Made by a program: the position numbers and the translations under genes
Source of the DNA: a virus
Taxonomy: Duplodnaviria > Caudoviricetes
Strand: one strand, 5' to 3'
IMG/VR virus record: IMGVR_UViG_3300021093_000107
Location: 1 to 52,409 of that record
DNA length: 52,409 nt
In this document: positions 19,239 through 28,315 of the stretch, piece after piece
Layout of the letters: the number at the start of each line of letters is the position of its first letter
Numbering within the stretch: position 1 is the first letter of the stretch
The notes under the pieces: model-generated
Told to the model about the DNA's origin: nothing
The model's input: the letters and a program-made list of their open reading frames with translations, nothing else
The model's database searches: none

Positions 19239-20800
19239 TTCTCTAACTCCTCTCTATAAAGATCAACTAATTTTGTATGTAAATCTACCTTGCCTTGTAA
19301 CATGTTATACATCTTCTTTTCTACTTCCGAACCTTGTAAGTGTACTACCGTCATCTTATTCTTTTGTCCTACACGATCCATACGAGCGATACATTGTAAG
19401 TATGTTTCAACACTCATCACAGGACTCCAAAAGACTACGGTATTCGCGGCCGTCAATGTCACACCATGAGATGCAGATTGTGGTTGTATTACTAAGACTC
19501 TTGGATTTTCCATCGTCTGAAACTGATTAATAATATTAGCACGTTGTGTTGCTGATACATCACCTTGTATGACTTGGTTATGAATACCTTGCTTTGTTAA
19601 ATACTTAGATACAATTTCTATCGTATGTCTGAATGGTACAAAGATAATAACCTTATGTTCTGTTTCATCTATAGTTTCCATCAATGCATTTAAGCGAGGT
19701 TGGATATCAAACTCTAATACCTCTTTCTTGTCTGTATATACAGCACCGCCTGAAATCTGTAGAAGCTTACTTAAACCTGCGGCTGCATTCACAGCACTAA
19801 TCTGAACACCGGCAGCTTCAATCATCATCTGTTCTTTGAGTTGTTTATAATACTTCTGAACTTGTGGTGATAGTGGTATCTCTCTTGTTTGATACATGAC
19901 ATCAGGTAAGTCTAGACATTCATCTTTAGAAAAGCGGATAGCGGGTTGTAATACTTTAAAGACTTCATGCCTTGCATTATTTTTAGGTAACCATTTAAAT
20001 CTTGTCACTTGATACATAACCTTGTCACGCCAAGCCATACTAAATTTAGGCACGTTCTGCGGACAGACAAGTTTAGCTAGGCCATATGCATCAACGGGGG
20101 ACTGCGAAGCAGGTGTACCTGTCATCATCCATAGTTTTGTTTCAGGTTTGAGAAGTTTAGCCAGCGTCTTCCAGCGCGCGGTTTGTGGACTCTTGTAAGC
20201 ATTTGCTTCATCTACAATAATCAAATCAAAACCACCGTTCATAATAGCGTCTTTAACAATAGCCACACCATCATAATTAATAATGACAAACTTGTAATCG
20301 CCTTCAATAATCTTACGTCTTTTATCAGCACTACCATGTGCGACCGCCACTGAACGATGCATCGCCGTATTTAAAATATCAGCCTGCCATGCAGAATACA
20401 TAATCGACAAAGGACATATCACTAATGCTCGGTTTACTAAGCCCTTCGTCATTAAATAATCGGTGGCCCATATCACAGAAGAAGTTTTACCCGTACCAGC
20501 TTCGTTAAAACAAAAGGCACGATGATTAATGCTTAAAAACTCAGCAGTAACTTTTTGATGATTAAAAGGTTTATATAAGCCCGGATAGGTATATTCTTTT
20601 TGAATAGGTGAGGGTAAATTGTTTCGGAAAGAAACAATCTGGTTAAGCTTGGTCATCTCTGGCACATCCCAATAAACCACCATCTCGGTAAGATTACCGT
20701 TGCGTGATATGACTTCAGACTTTTCTATATTGCTTGTTATATGCGGAGCAATATGTTCCGGCACGGTCAGCTTTACAGCTGTGTTCTCAATAATTTCCAT
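19235..20800 (-). CDS. SNF2-family helicase
   Basis: EAGTGKT, IVDEA, MTGTP, HGVTLTAA, QCIARMDRVGQ. Confidence 0.92.
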   Translation of the reverse strand: MEIIENTAVKLTVPEHIAPHITSNIEKSEVISRNGNLTEMVVYWDVPEMTKLNQIVSFRNNLPSPIQKEYTYPGLYKPFNHQKVTAEFLSINHRAFCFNEAGTGKTSSVIWATDYLMTKGLVNRALVICPLSIMYSAWQADILNTAMHRSVAVAHGSADKRRKIIEGDYKFVIINYDGVAIVKDAIMNGGFDLIIVDEANAYKSPQTARWKTLAKLLKPETKLWMMTGTPASQSPVDAYGLAKLVCPQNVPKFSMAWRDKVMYQVTRFKWLPKNNARHEVFKVLQPAIRFSKDECLDLPDVMYQTREIPLSPQVQKYYKQLKEQMMIEAAGVQISAVNAAAGLSKLLQISGGAVYTDKKEVLEFDIQPRLNALMETIDETEHKVIIFVPFRHTIEIVSKYLTKQGIHNQVIQGDVSATQRANIINQFQTMENPRVLVIQPQSASHGVTLTAANTVVFWSPVMSVETYLQCIARMDRVGQKNKMTVVHLQGSEVEKKMYNMLQGKVDLHTKLVDLYREELEK

Positions 20801-20806
20801 CTAGTT

Positions 20807-20849
20807 ATAATACTACGAGCTTAACTATGTGTCAACTAATATTTTACTA
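20807..20849 (-). promoter_or_regulatory. Sigma70-type promoter with conserved upstream element
   Basis: AGTAAAATATTAG-TTGACA(20835-20830)-N17-TATTAT(20812-20807). Confidence 0.75.
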
Positions 20850-20867
20850 TTTTTTTTGTTTCGCGTT

Positions 20868-21524
20868 TCATGCCCAATTAAATTCACAGGTTTTTACTGG
20901 ACAAAATCTACATAAAGGCGTAGGGTTTGGTGGCCATGAATCGTCAGTATAGGAATTAGTTAGTCTTGTCAATGGGCCTGTAAACTTCTCCCATGATTTA
21001 TCTATGTCTTTACGTTCGTACTCTTCTGTGATAAATACATTGTGCATTACAAATAATAAACCCGCTTTAATTTTATTGACATTTGGAAAATGTGCAAACG
21101 TCATAAGTGCCATCAGTCTTAACTGGTTAGGGTCGGGATACTTATGAGAGCCAGTCTTATAATCCACGATGAAAGCGTAATCATTATCAACAATAAGTAA
21201 ATCAACAATGCCGCGCACCCAACGGTTATCATCAGTGAAATCGCACGGCGTACGGTCTTCATATAAAGCCATTTCATATTCGGGATATTTATCGCCGGGT
21301 ATTTGCTTAAGAGAATCCACTGCAGGTTTAAACCTAAGATAATTAACTGTAAGTTCCGTACCATTTTTAACATAGTCTTCCAAAGCTTTATGTACTTCTG
21401 TTCCATATTTCATTTGCTCCGATGGAATGATTGTATAATTTTGTGCAACCTTAATTTCGTAGTATTGCCTGGGGCAGTTTTGATATTGCTTGAGAGAGGA
21501 GTATGACCAGCTAAACTCAGACAT
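20868..21524 (-). CDS. Cas4-like PD-(D/E)XK exonuclease
   Basis: SYS.L..Y..CP, GTEVH, GIVDL, VDYKTG, QL..MA, C-terminal C..C....C. Confidence 0.88.
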   Translation of the reverse strand: MSEFSWSYSSLKQYQNCPRQYYEIKVAQNYTIIPSEQMKYGTEVHKALEDYVKNGTELTVNYLRFKPAVDSLKQIPGDKYPEYEMALYEDRTPCDFTDDNRWVRGIVDLLIVDNDYAFIVDYKTGSHKYPDPNQLRLMALMTFAHFPNVNKIKAGLLFVMHNVFITEEYERKDIDKSWEKFTGPLTRLTNSYTDDSWPPNPTPLCRFCPVKTCEFNWA

Positions 21525-21699
21525 TATTTATTTTTCTGACGAGTTCAGTCTCAATCTTTGTACGCTTTTTACCTTTTTCAGCTTTAACTAACGCTTCTTC
21601 TAATTGTTTAATAGTAAATGCTTTATACTTGGGTCTATCATTCCTAGTTTTCATAGGATTATTATGACGCTTACTCTTGTGTATTTGTGATTGTGCCAT
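21517..21699 (-). CDS. Small basic hypothetical protein
   Basis: GGAAG RBS-like site; overlaps neighbours. Confidence 0.5.
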   Translation of the reverse strand: MAQSQIHKSKRHNNPMKTRNDRPKYKAFTIKQLEEALVKAEKGKKRTKIETELVRKINNV

Positions 21700-21880
21700 C
21701 TTCTACCTTTTCTACTTCGCCTGTTGATTTATTAAGTTGATATTCATGTAAGTGTGGAGATACATCATCACTTTTCTTTTTCTTACCAAAAATTAAATCA
21801 AAGTTATTTTCAAACATTTCGTTATTAGGTTTAGATATTATCCATGCTTCTGTTATATTATTCTGCGCGGTGTTTTTCAT
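21671..21880 (-). CDS. Hypothetical protein
   Basis: ATGA coupling with the upstream gene; NFDLIFGKK motif. Confidence 0.55.
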   Translation of the reverse strand: MKNTAQNNITEAWIISKPNNEMFENNFDLIFGKKKKSDDVSPHLHEYQLNKSTGEVEKVEDGTITNTQE

Positions 21881-22881
21881 CTTGCCTCCAATAAACTATA
21901 TTTACCTATTGCGTAGGTTTTTATTATTTTACCATTATCTTCGTCGCCTACTTCCATTGGGGCAATCCAAATTTGTTTGCCAGATTTAGGAGTTCTTCTC
22001 CAATGGCCACGTCTCCAATGTAAACGAGGTGAAGCATGAGTACCATGGGGCGTTGATGAGATGATTGCTTTCTTGCCTTCAATGACCGCCATTTTAAATT
22101 CGATCAAAGGTTTTTTGCCTTTGCTAATTCGCTTTCTATTGGCCCTAATTTCTTCAGATGTTGGTACTGACATATAAAAACTATTTTTACTTAGTGTCAT
22201 CATATAAATAGCAGTAATTGCTGAATGAACATAACTAGGCATGTATTTTTCTTTTTCAATTATTAATCTACTATTTGGGTCATAAACTTTATCAGATAAT
22301 TTAAATCTTAATTCATTTCCATCGTGAATAATTTTTGCAGTATCAATATAAATATTATCTTTTTGATTGGGCTTTCCTAATAATACTTTTATCTCTATGC
22401 CGTCTATAACTTCAGATAAAAAATAACAATATAACATGTTAACAGACCCGTTTTGGTTCTCATGAGGTGCAGCTTGTGTTATTCCGGAGTCATTATTAAA
22501 ATCTATATTTACCATTTCCCCTGAAATAACAGTCATCTTGGGAAAAGGTAATCTAATAGCAGCTACTTCTTTAAATGCTTCTGCCATAGTTTTTACATCT
22601 TGAGTGTAATGAGGCTCAAGAATTATTTTAGGATATTCTAATATACATTCCGCTAATTCAGGTCCAGCGTTCTTTTTAGATGATATACATTTATTCGCGC
22701 TACCTAATCTAACAAAATCGCTAAAAGATTTTAATACGGCATCTTTGACTTTAGCTTCTTGCACGGCATCTTTAGTACTAGGGTAAACATCCATCATACC
22801 CATCAATGAAATAGGATTATATCCAGTTAATATATGCTCTTCATCAACAATCGCCATAGCTATCACCATAGTTAGCTTCAC
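21877..22881 (-). CDS. Hypothetical phage protein (true start probably near 22804)
   Basis: C-terminal HASPRLHWRRGHWRR motif; the annotated start overlaps the polymerase. Confidence 0.65.
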   Translation of the reverse strand: MKLTMVIAMAIVDEEHILTGYNPISLMGMMDVYPSTKDAVQEAKVKDAVLKSFSDFVRLGSANKCISSKKNAGPELAECILEYPKIILEPHYTQDVKTMAEAFKEVAAIRLPFPKMTVISGEMVNIDFNNDSGITQAAPHENQNGSVNMLYCYFLSEVIDGIEIKVLLGKPNQKDNIYIDTAKIIHDGNELRFKLSDKVYDPNSRLIIEKEKYMPSYVHSAITAIYMMTLSKNSFYMSVPTSEEIRANRKRISKGKKPLIEFKMAVIEGKKAIISSTPHGTHASPRLHWRRGHWRRTPKSGKQIWIAPMEVGDEDNGKIIKTYAIGKYSLLEAR

Positions 22882-24703
22882 ATGCCACAGGTAGCCCGGT
22901 TGCCCAGGTGGGAGGAGTGGACATAGTGTCCGTGATATAGAGGAGAGAGGTCTCTACATCATTTTCCGGGACAACACAGACTACTGCGTCATGAACGGTT
23001 AAAACAGGTCTATATTTTTTATTAATCTCTAGCATCTGTTGTCCCACAATAATGCGGGCTAGTGCTTGGATTACATTCTCTACGACAGATCCACCCCAAA
23101 TGCTATTAAAACCTTGTCTAGACTTGTAAACAAATTTAGACTTGGATTCTGAAGTATCCCATGTAAGACCTGGATATTGTAGATACAAACCGTTCGGTAA
23201 TTGTATGCCTTTTGGTGTTACAAGTAAAGCTTTAGTCGGGCCTAAGTGATAGGGTTCTTTTCCTTTTGACCAGTTAGCTATATCTTGTAGTGCGTTATCA
23301 CATGCACCCCATAACTGAATCACCTTATCATTAACTTCTCGATACACACCTACAAGTCTTTTACATTCTTGATCATCAAACTCTACACCGGCCGCAAGCT
23401 TTAATGTGCTTTGTAATTTAGCCCAACCTGTGCCGTACCCCAATCCGAGGATGCATGTCTTGCCTACTGCACGTTCTGTCTTATCTTCTTTAGTGATTGT
23501 CTTACCATAAACTTTAGTAGCAAACTCACAATAAACATCACGGCCTTCCTTATACCAATCTAAGACATCGTTCTGTCCTGCTACCCATACTAATACGCGG
23601 GCTTCAATCTGAGATGAGTCACAGTTAATGACTTTATGACCTTGTGGTGCTATGACTGCGTTCTTTAATGCTTTCTTTTTCTTATCCCTAGCCGGTAAAT
23701 TTTGGAAGTTAACCTTATCTGACCCCGCCCATCGTCCTGTGTGTGCGCCATAATACTTTAACGGAATAGGAAGCTTACCTTTGTTACGACCTCCAATACT
23801 TAGAAATCTTTCAATACGAGATTCTTCTATGGTACTTTTAGTACCCAACCTCACGCGACAAAGTTCTTGAATGAATGGATCTTCGTGATCACATAAATCT
23901 AAAAAGCCTTGGTCACCCTTCGCTAATGCAAATGTTTCTTTGCCCGTCGCTGGGCTTATCTTTGTAGGGACTTTAACTCCAAACTCTTGTAGTATCTCAG
24001 CAAACTGTTTATTAGAGGCTAGCTTTCCTCGCACGCACTCTTCTGTATCACACTCAAGTTTTACCATAAGGCCTTGTAATAACTGAGACTTCTCTTGTTG
24101 GACTTCTTCTAACCTAGCTTGTAGGAGGGCATCATCTAATTCAAGTGTAGGCTCGGTGTACATACGCAAGGTCATGTCAATCAGTTTTATTTCTTCTTCG
24201 GGAAAGTTTGGTGCTAGGACTTCAAAAAGTTTATACGTGAGTTCAACGTCGTTCTTGCAATACTCACCATATTGTAATAGGTCTGACTCGGTAAAATGTT
24301 CTAGTCTTTTGCCTTTGGCTTGGACTACTTCGGTGCCTTTAACGCCAAGAGAATACTTCTCAACCAAGAATGCAAGGCTTCCACCCGCATCGACGCCATG
24401 TATAGCACGAGCCATACCAAGAGTGTCAAGATATAAACTAGGAATAATACCATAACGGAAAGACAATATAGCACCGTCAAACTGAGTGTTATGACAGAGG
24501 AGAGCGGAGTTTTTCCAATCGATATTGTGGAGAGCTTCGTTGACTTCGTTGCCTGAGTACCACTTCGTCTCGCCTTCCTCAATTTTAATACCAACGCCAA
24601 TAACTTGGAATCTTTCATCTCGTATATATTCCTCTGTGGTTAGGTTTGATAATGAAAAACCTACGTCGTAGTAGGTCTCAAAATCTAGTGTGACTAATTG
24701 CAT
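22844..24703 (-). CDS. polA: DNA polymerase, family A, with 3'-5' exonuclease
   Basis: LDFETY, HN.QFD, YCKNDV; HTGRW; motif A DSSQIEAR; motif B R.VGK.CILGLGYG; motif C TVHD. Confidence 0.95.
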   Translation of the reverse strand: MQLVTLDFETYYDVGFSLSNLTTEEYIRDERFQVIGVGIKIEEGETKWYSGNEVNEALHNIDWKNSALLCHNTQFDGAILSFRYGIIPSLYLDTLGMARAIHGVDAGGSLAFLVEKYSLGVKGTEVVQAKGKRLEHFTESDLLQYGEYCKNDVELTYKLFEVLAPNFPEEEIKLIDMTLRMYTEPTLELDDALLQARLEEVQQEKSQLLQGLMVKLECDTEECVRGKLASNKQFAEILQEFGVKVPTKISPATGKETFALAKGDQGFLDLCDHEDPFIQELCRVRLGTKSTIEESRIERFLSIGGRNKGKLPIPLKYYGAHTGRWAGSDKVNFQNLPARDKKKKALKNAVIAPQGHKVINCDSSQIEARVLVWVAGQNDVLDWYKEGRDVYCEFATKVYGKTITKEDKTERAVGKTCILGLGYGTGWAKLQSTLKLAAGVEFDDQECKRLVGVYREVNDKVIQLWGACDNALQDIANWSKGKEPYHLGPTKALLVTPKGIQLPNGLYLQYPGLTWDTSESKSKFVYKSRQGFNSIWGGSVVENVIQALARIIVGQQMLEINKKYRPVLTVHDAVVCVVPENDVETSLLYITDTMSTPPTWATGLPVACEANYGDSYGDC

Positions 24704-24808
24704 AGGGTTCCTATGTTTGTTTTAATTGGTGGGCTACTCGCGGTTAATATAAATGCAAAAATACCATCACGAATTTAAACATATAAAAAGTGCTTTCGCC
24801 CATATTCT

Positions 24809-25081
24809 TTATAAGGTTGATAATAATAGCAGGATAACTACTACAACTGCAACCATTATTTTTTCGTTACGTTTTTCTTTCTTGTCTGTGTCATCGCTTT
24901 CATATTGTTCACCAAACGCTTCATAAGATGAACGTGGTGTAGGTTTGTCGAACGCGTCGGGTTGAAAGAATCGCCACCCTTTCTTTGCGTTCTTTGCAAA
25001 TATTTTCATTTGCCATGCTTCAAATTCTCTTATAGCTTGTCTTGCGGTTGGATCAAAGTTATTTAAATTTGCGTTTCGCAC
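24809..25081 (-). CDS. Hypothetical protein with C-terminal TM anchor
   Basis: AGGAG RBS before GTG at 25081; hydrophobic C-terminus. Confidence 0.55.
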   Translation of the reverse strand: MRNANLNNFDPTARQAIREFEAWQMKIFAKNAKKGWRFFQPDAFDKPTPRSSYEAFGEQYESDDTDKKEKRNEKIMVAVVVVILLLLSTL

Positions 25082-25103
25082 AATCTTTCTCCTTTGGTTT
25101 TTG

Positions 25104-25298
25104 TTATTTTGCGTATTTCTCAAATTCATTTCGGCACTCAATTGAACACCAACGTCTGTCATCTTTGATTGGATTCTCACACCATATACATTTCCCTGTT
25201 TGATTAGAAGATTTTTTGATTTTATCATGCGCATTCCTTATCCCGACATCGATAGCGTGTTGCATTAAATCATTAGCTACGTCAGCATCATCATTCAT
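25104..25298 (-). CDS. TraR/DksA-like C4 zinc-finger protein
   Basis: N-terminal MNDDADVA (D3/D6/A8 pattern of TraR); CIWC...CSIEC. Confidence 0.7.
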   Translation of the reverse strand: MNDDADVANDLMQHAIDVGIRNAHDKIKKSSNQTGKCIWCENPIKDDRRWCSIECRNEFEKYAK

Positions 25299-25543
25299 CT
25301 AACAAATTCTTTATCTCTTGATTGTATATAAAAATACTTACGCCACACCCCACCTCTAGGTTGTGCTTTTGGTAAACTAATTAAACCTTGCTTATCTAGT
25401 TCTCTTATACGTTGGTGGTTACCATGACTATTTAATATAACTTGATTTCTCCCTGCATTGGGGCAGTCTTCCATATACTTATTTACGATTACAATAAGTT
25501 CTTCATCTGTATTTGCTTTATGTCTACTCATTAAAACACACAC
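25295..25543 (-). CDS. Hypothetical protein
   Basis: ORF coupled to its neighbours. Confidence 0.5.
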   Translation of the reverse strand: MCVLMSRHKANTDEELIVIVNKYMEDCPNAGRNQVILNSHGNHQRIRELDKQGLISLPKAQPRGGVWRKYFYIQSRDKEFVR

Positions 25544-25713
25544 TCCCCTACTAATTTAAATAAGTCTTCTTTAACTTCCATTGGTTTATCTAGTTTCACT
25601 ACCTTAACATGTGGGTTGTTATCTGTAAACCACTTTGCTTCCTTGACAGACCAACGATGTTTGCGTATAACCTCGCCTTCGTCATCTACTACTGCATAGC
25701 TAAACGGTATCAT
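25531..25713 (-). CDS. Hypothetical protein
   Basis: GAGG RBS; ATGA coupling. Confidence 0.55.
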   Translation of the reverse strand: MIPFSYAVVDDEGEVIRKHRWSVKEAKWFTDNNPHVKVVKLDKPMEVKEDLFKLVGECVF

Positions 25714-25857
25714 CTGTCCACCTCGTTTTAAAATGCCACCACATTTTTCTTAACCTCCTTATCTCTTGGTCAATTCGTTTACGTTTATCTAACCCACGCA
25801 TTTTATGAAAACGTTTTAACAATAGATTCCCATTAATTCTAGAAGGTCTTAACACAA

Positions 25858-26061
25858 TCATATCAATATACTCCAACAGATTTGTAGCTTATTCCAAAAT
25901 GATAGTTTCTTTGAGTTTGCTACTGTGTAATCTGATAGTACCTTATGAATCCCTGCTCGCAATATAATTTCTCTGCTTGCTTGGTTCATATCTAGTGTTA
26001 ATTTGCAATCACCATCTTTGGTATCTTTAATGCTTACTACTTTAATGTATGGCTTTGCCAT
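25858..26061 (-). CDS. Hypothetical protein
   Basis: AAGGAG RBS before ATG at 26061. Confidence 0.55.
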   Translation of the reverse strand: MAKPYIKVVSIKDTKDGDCKLTLDMNQASREIILRAGIHKVLSDYTVANSKKLSFWNKLQICWSILI

Positions 26062-26071
26062 GTTATTCTCC

Positions 26072-26374
26072 TTATTGGTATCTTTTATCACCATCTATAC
26101 TAAAATTAGGGTTAGCTTCTATATTAAATCTTGGGTCTGCATCTATGTTAAATCTTGGGTCTGCGTAAGGATTGAATCGTGGGTCTGCATTTAAATTAAA
26201 TCTTGGGTCTGCATCTATATTAAATCGAGAATCCCCATATATGTTTCCCCCTTCAGAGTTAAGCCACCTACCTTTATCATCTCTAAACATTCTTGGTTCT
26301 GCTTGCACATGCGTTGTGCAGATTGAAATTACTAACCCTACCAATAAACTTTTAATTATTTTTTGCGTTACCAT
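26072..26374 (-). CDS. Secreted protein with 8-aa tandem repeats
   Basis: Signal peptide ending VQA; seven NxxADPRF-like units. Confidence 0.7.
   Translation of the reverse strand: MVTQKIIKSLLVGLVISICTTHVQAEPRMFRDDKGRWLNSEGGNIYGDSRFNIDADPRFNLNADPRFNPYADPRFNIDADPRFNIEANPNFSIDGDKRYQ
26078..26245. repeat. 24-bp coding tandem repeat (about 7 degenerate copies)
   Basis: Units such as TAAATCTTGGGTCTGCATCTATGT at a 24-bp period. Confidence 0.85.
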
Positions 26375-26496
26375 CTTTGGTCTCCGTTTGTTCTACTTTA
26401 GGTTTATCTATACCTAAGTCTTTTTTTATATCATCTTTATATAACCCAATCCACAATGCCAAATATATTGCAAGCCCGATTGTTACGCCGTCCATA

Positions 26497-26688
26497 TTAA
26501 AAACTCCTTTGTTCAAAGCATTCAAGGTGTGACTTCACAAACATATTGGTTCTTACTTCTTCATAGAGTTCACCTTGTATACATTTTAAATTCATCTTGT
26601 ATTTCTTTTGCATGTGGTTATATGCACCTAACCCATACCCTGTCATTATTGATACTACAATAATAATACCCATAATTAATTTATCCAT
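26497..26688 (-). CDS. Small membrane protein
   Basis: N-terminal TM segment; AGGAG RBS; two Cys in the soluble part. Confidence 0.55.
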   Translation of the reverse strand: MDKLIMGIIIVVSIMTGYGLGAYNHMQKKYKMNLKCIQGELYEEVRTNMFVKSHLECFEQRSF

Positions 26689-26906
26689 TACCCTCTCCTT
26701 ATTAAATATGTTTTACTTACTCGACACACTTTATTACCTTTGATTACATTAATCACGTTGCATTTAATCACAGGTTTACTTTGTGATATTAAATACTGTT
26801 CCCCTGCATACTGCACCCCAGTTTGCGTAGCCACACTTGTAGCCACAGATGCACACCCTAAATTAAAGACCGTTGTAAGCATCAATAAGACGTTGCGTAG
26901 ATTCAC
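26688..26906 (-). CDS. Putative lipoprotein
   Basis: Hydrophobic leader ending in LGC lipobox-like motif; start uncertain. Confidence 0.45.
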   Translation of the reverse strand: MNLRNVLLMLTTVFNLGCASVATSVATQTGVQYAGEQYLISQSKPVIKCNVINVIKGNKVCRVSKTYLIRRG

Positions 26907-27123
26907 GATAGCTTTTCACTCCTGTAATTTTTTCTGCTTTTTCTTCACACTTATATAATGGTGTGATCGTTAGGTAATGTTTTTTGGTGGGTAAATCTCT
27001 TATCCACGATAATTCTTTTGGTTTAAACTGCGTGATCGATGACCATACAAGCTTACCATTTATATCAAATTCTTCCGTCACCCATGCGTACGGTTCTTTA
27101 AGGGTTAGTTGCATATTTTTCAT
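26863..27123 (-). CDS. Hypothetical protein
   Basis: EPYAW...TPLY motif common in small phage proteins; GAGG RBS. Confidence 0.55.
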   Translation of the reverse strand: MKNMQLTLKEPYAWVTEEFDINGKLVWSSITQFKPKELSWIRDLPTKKHYLTITPLYKCEEKAEKITGVKSYRESTQRLIDAYNGL

Positions 27124-27484
27124 TGCCTCGTTTATAAAATATTAAGTTCGACCATTTGACTACGGGTTGTAGTCCTGCCCATGATCTAGGCTTTTTAATT
27201 GTTGTGTCATGGAAATGTGTTGCCCCATAACTATAATCTACTTCTAATCTATGTAATACTTTGTATGCTATGTCTTTATATTCCTGTCGAATTACCGACG
27301 GAGGTTTAACTATACCATACCAACTAAATTGTGCGGGACGTTTCATTTGGTAGCATACATTTTTATGTTCAAACTCGGCACGTCGCATCAATACATATCC
27401 TACTGCAATCTGTGCTTCTTTTGGTTCATGCGCCGACTCCATGTAAATGGTTGTGGCTAGGCATAACAATGCTTGTTCTAGCAT
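27098..27484 (-). CDS. SleB-like cell wall hydrolase (Hydrolase_2)
   Basis: CLA..IY.E..EP...QIAVG.V.M.R, QFSW, GATHFH. Confidence 0.88.
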   Translation of the reverse strand: MLEQALLCLATTIYMESAHEPKEAQIAVGYVLMRRAEFEHKNVCYQMKRPAQFSWYGIVKPPSVIRQEYKDIAYKVLHRLEVDYSYGATHFHDTTIKKPRSWAGLQPVVKWSNLIFYKRGNEKYATNP

Positions 27485-27510
27485 ATGACCTCCTTGTTTA
27501 AGGGATTAAA

Positions 27511-27759
27511 TTATTTTTGTTTGGATTTCCTGAGCGTACGCTCTTGTTTATATTTGATCCAATACCAATCGGCTTTATTGATGTCCTCATCGCCATTCTT
27601 GAGGTGTTCTCGCCAAAGATATTTGATGTGATTGCCTAACGTGAAAGCTTCAATTCCCGTTAGATGTTTGGTCATGATTTTAATTACGTCTATGCACTCG
27701 ATGGGTTCTTGAGTGTAATGTGGTGGTTTGTTCACCATATCGATTTGCTTTTTCGTCAT
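27511..27759 (-). CDS. DUF3310 (T7 gp1.7-like) protein
   Basis: D.VN.P.HY...IECID...GN.IKY.WR..KNG.ED..KA.WY. Confidence 0.85.
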   Translation of the reverse strand: MTKKQIDMVNKPPHYTQEPIECIDVIKIMTKHLTGIEAFTLGNHIKYLWREHLKNGDEDINKADWYWIKYKQERTLRKSKQK

Positions 27760-28043
27760 TGAATCTCCTTTACTAGAGCCAATAGTGACTCCATATTACC
27801 TTCATTTATCACGATTGCCAAGCCCTGATTGCGTTGTATCTCGCGTATGTTGTGTTTTTGCAACAACGTAGGTTCGTTCTTTCCGGCCTTACATTCAATA
27901 CCAATGAACCTCCCTTTGTAACAAGCGATGATGTCCGGCACACCACTCCTACCAAATCCCGCAGTTAATGGTGAAAAGTGATATGCACCAAGATCATCTA
28001 ATATCTTTTTAACTTGCTTCTTTACTTTGGCTTCGGGTGTCAT
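27756..28043 (-). CDS. VRR-NUC nuclease / resolvase-like protein
   Basis: MTPEAKVK, G.SGVPDI, FIGIECKAG..PT.LQ. Confidence 0.85.
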   Translation of the reverse strand: MTPEAKVKKQVKKILDDLGAYHFSPLTAGFGRSGVPDIIACYKGRFIGIECKAGKNEPTLLQKHNIREIQRNQGLAIVINEGNMESLLALVKEIQ

Positions 28044-28315
28044 ATGGTGGGTATCACCTTGAGTTTAGATTGGCTTGATGTCCATAAACTACCCGCATCG
28101 TTGCCCTCATTATCACGCATCGGAATAATCCAATGACCATCAGTAAACTCAATAACTAATGCTGACTTGTCCCAACCAATATCATCACGCTCTTGATCAT
28201 TTAAATATCGCACACGACGGATTGTTTTACCTACCAAGAAATTACTTGCAAGATTACCCCAATGCTCGCGTAAGTCTGCGTTATTTTGTTGATATAGTTC
28301 TTTCTGCTCCATCAT
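28040..28315 (-). CDS. Conserved hypothetical protein
   Basis: L.GKTI..VRY...W...I.F.DG...P..D.EGND.G.L. Confidence 0.6.
   Translation of the reverse strand: MMEQKELYQQNNADLREHWGNLASNFLVGKTIRRVRYLNDQERDDIGWDKSALVIEFTDGHWIIPMRDNEGNDAGSLWTSSQSKLKVIPTI

Noticed and set aside
20868-21524. Cas4-like gene as part of a CRISPR-Cas system
   Set aside because: No cas1/cas2 or array; stand-alone Cas4-like nucleases are routine in phage replication modules
24720-24808. tRNA in the gap upstream of polA
   Set aside because: No cloverleaf, T-loop GTTC consensus or D-arm on either strand
26078-26245. 24-bp repeats as a CRISPR mini-array
   Set aside because: Units are contiguous with no unique spacers, keep a codon-multiple period and encode a peptide repeat
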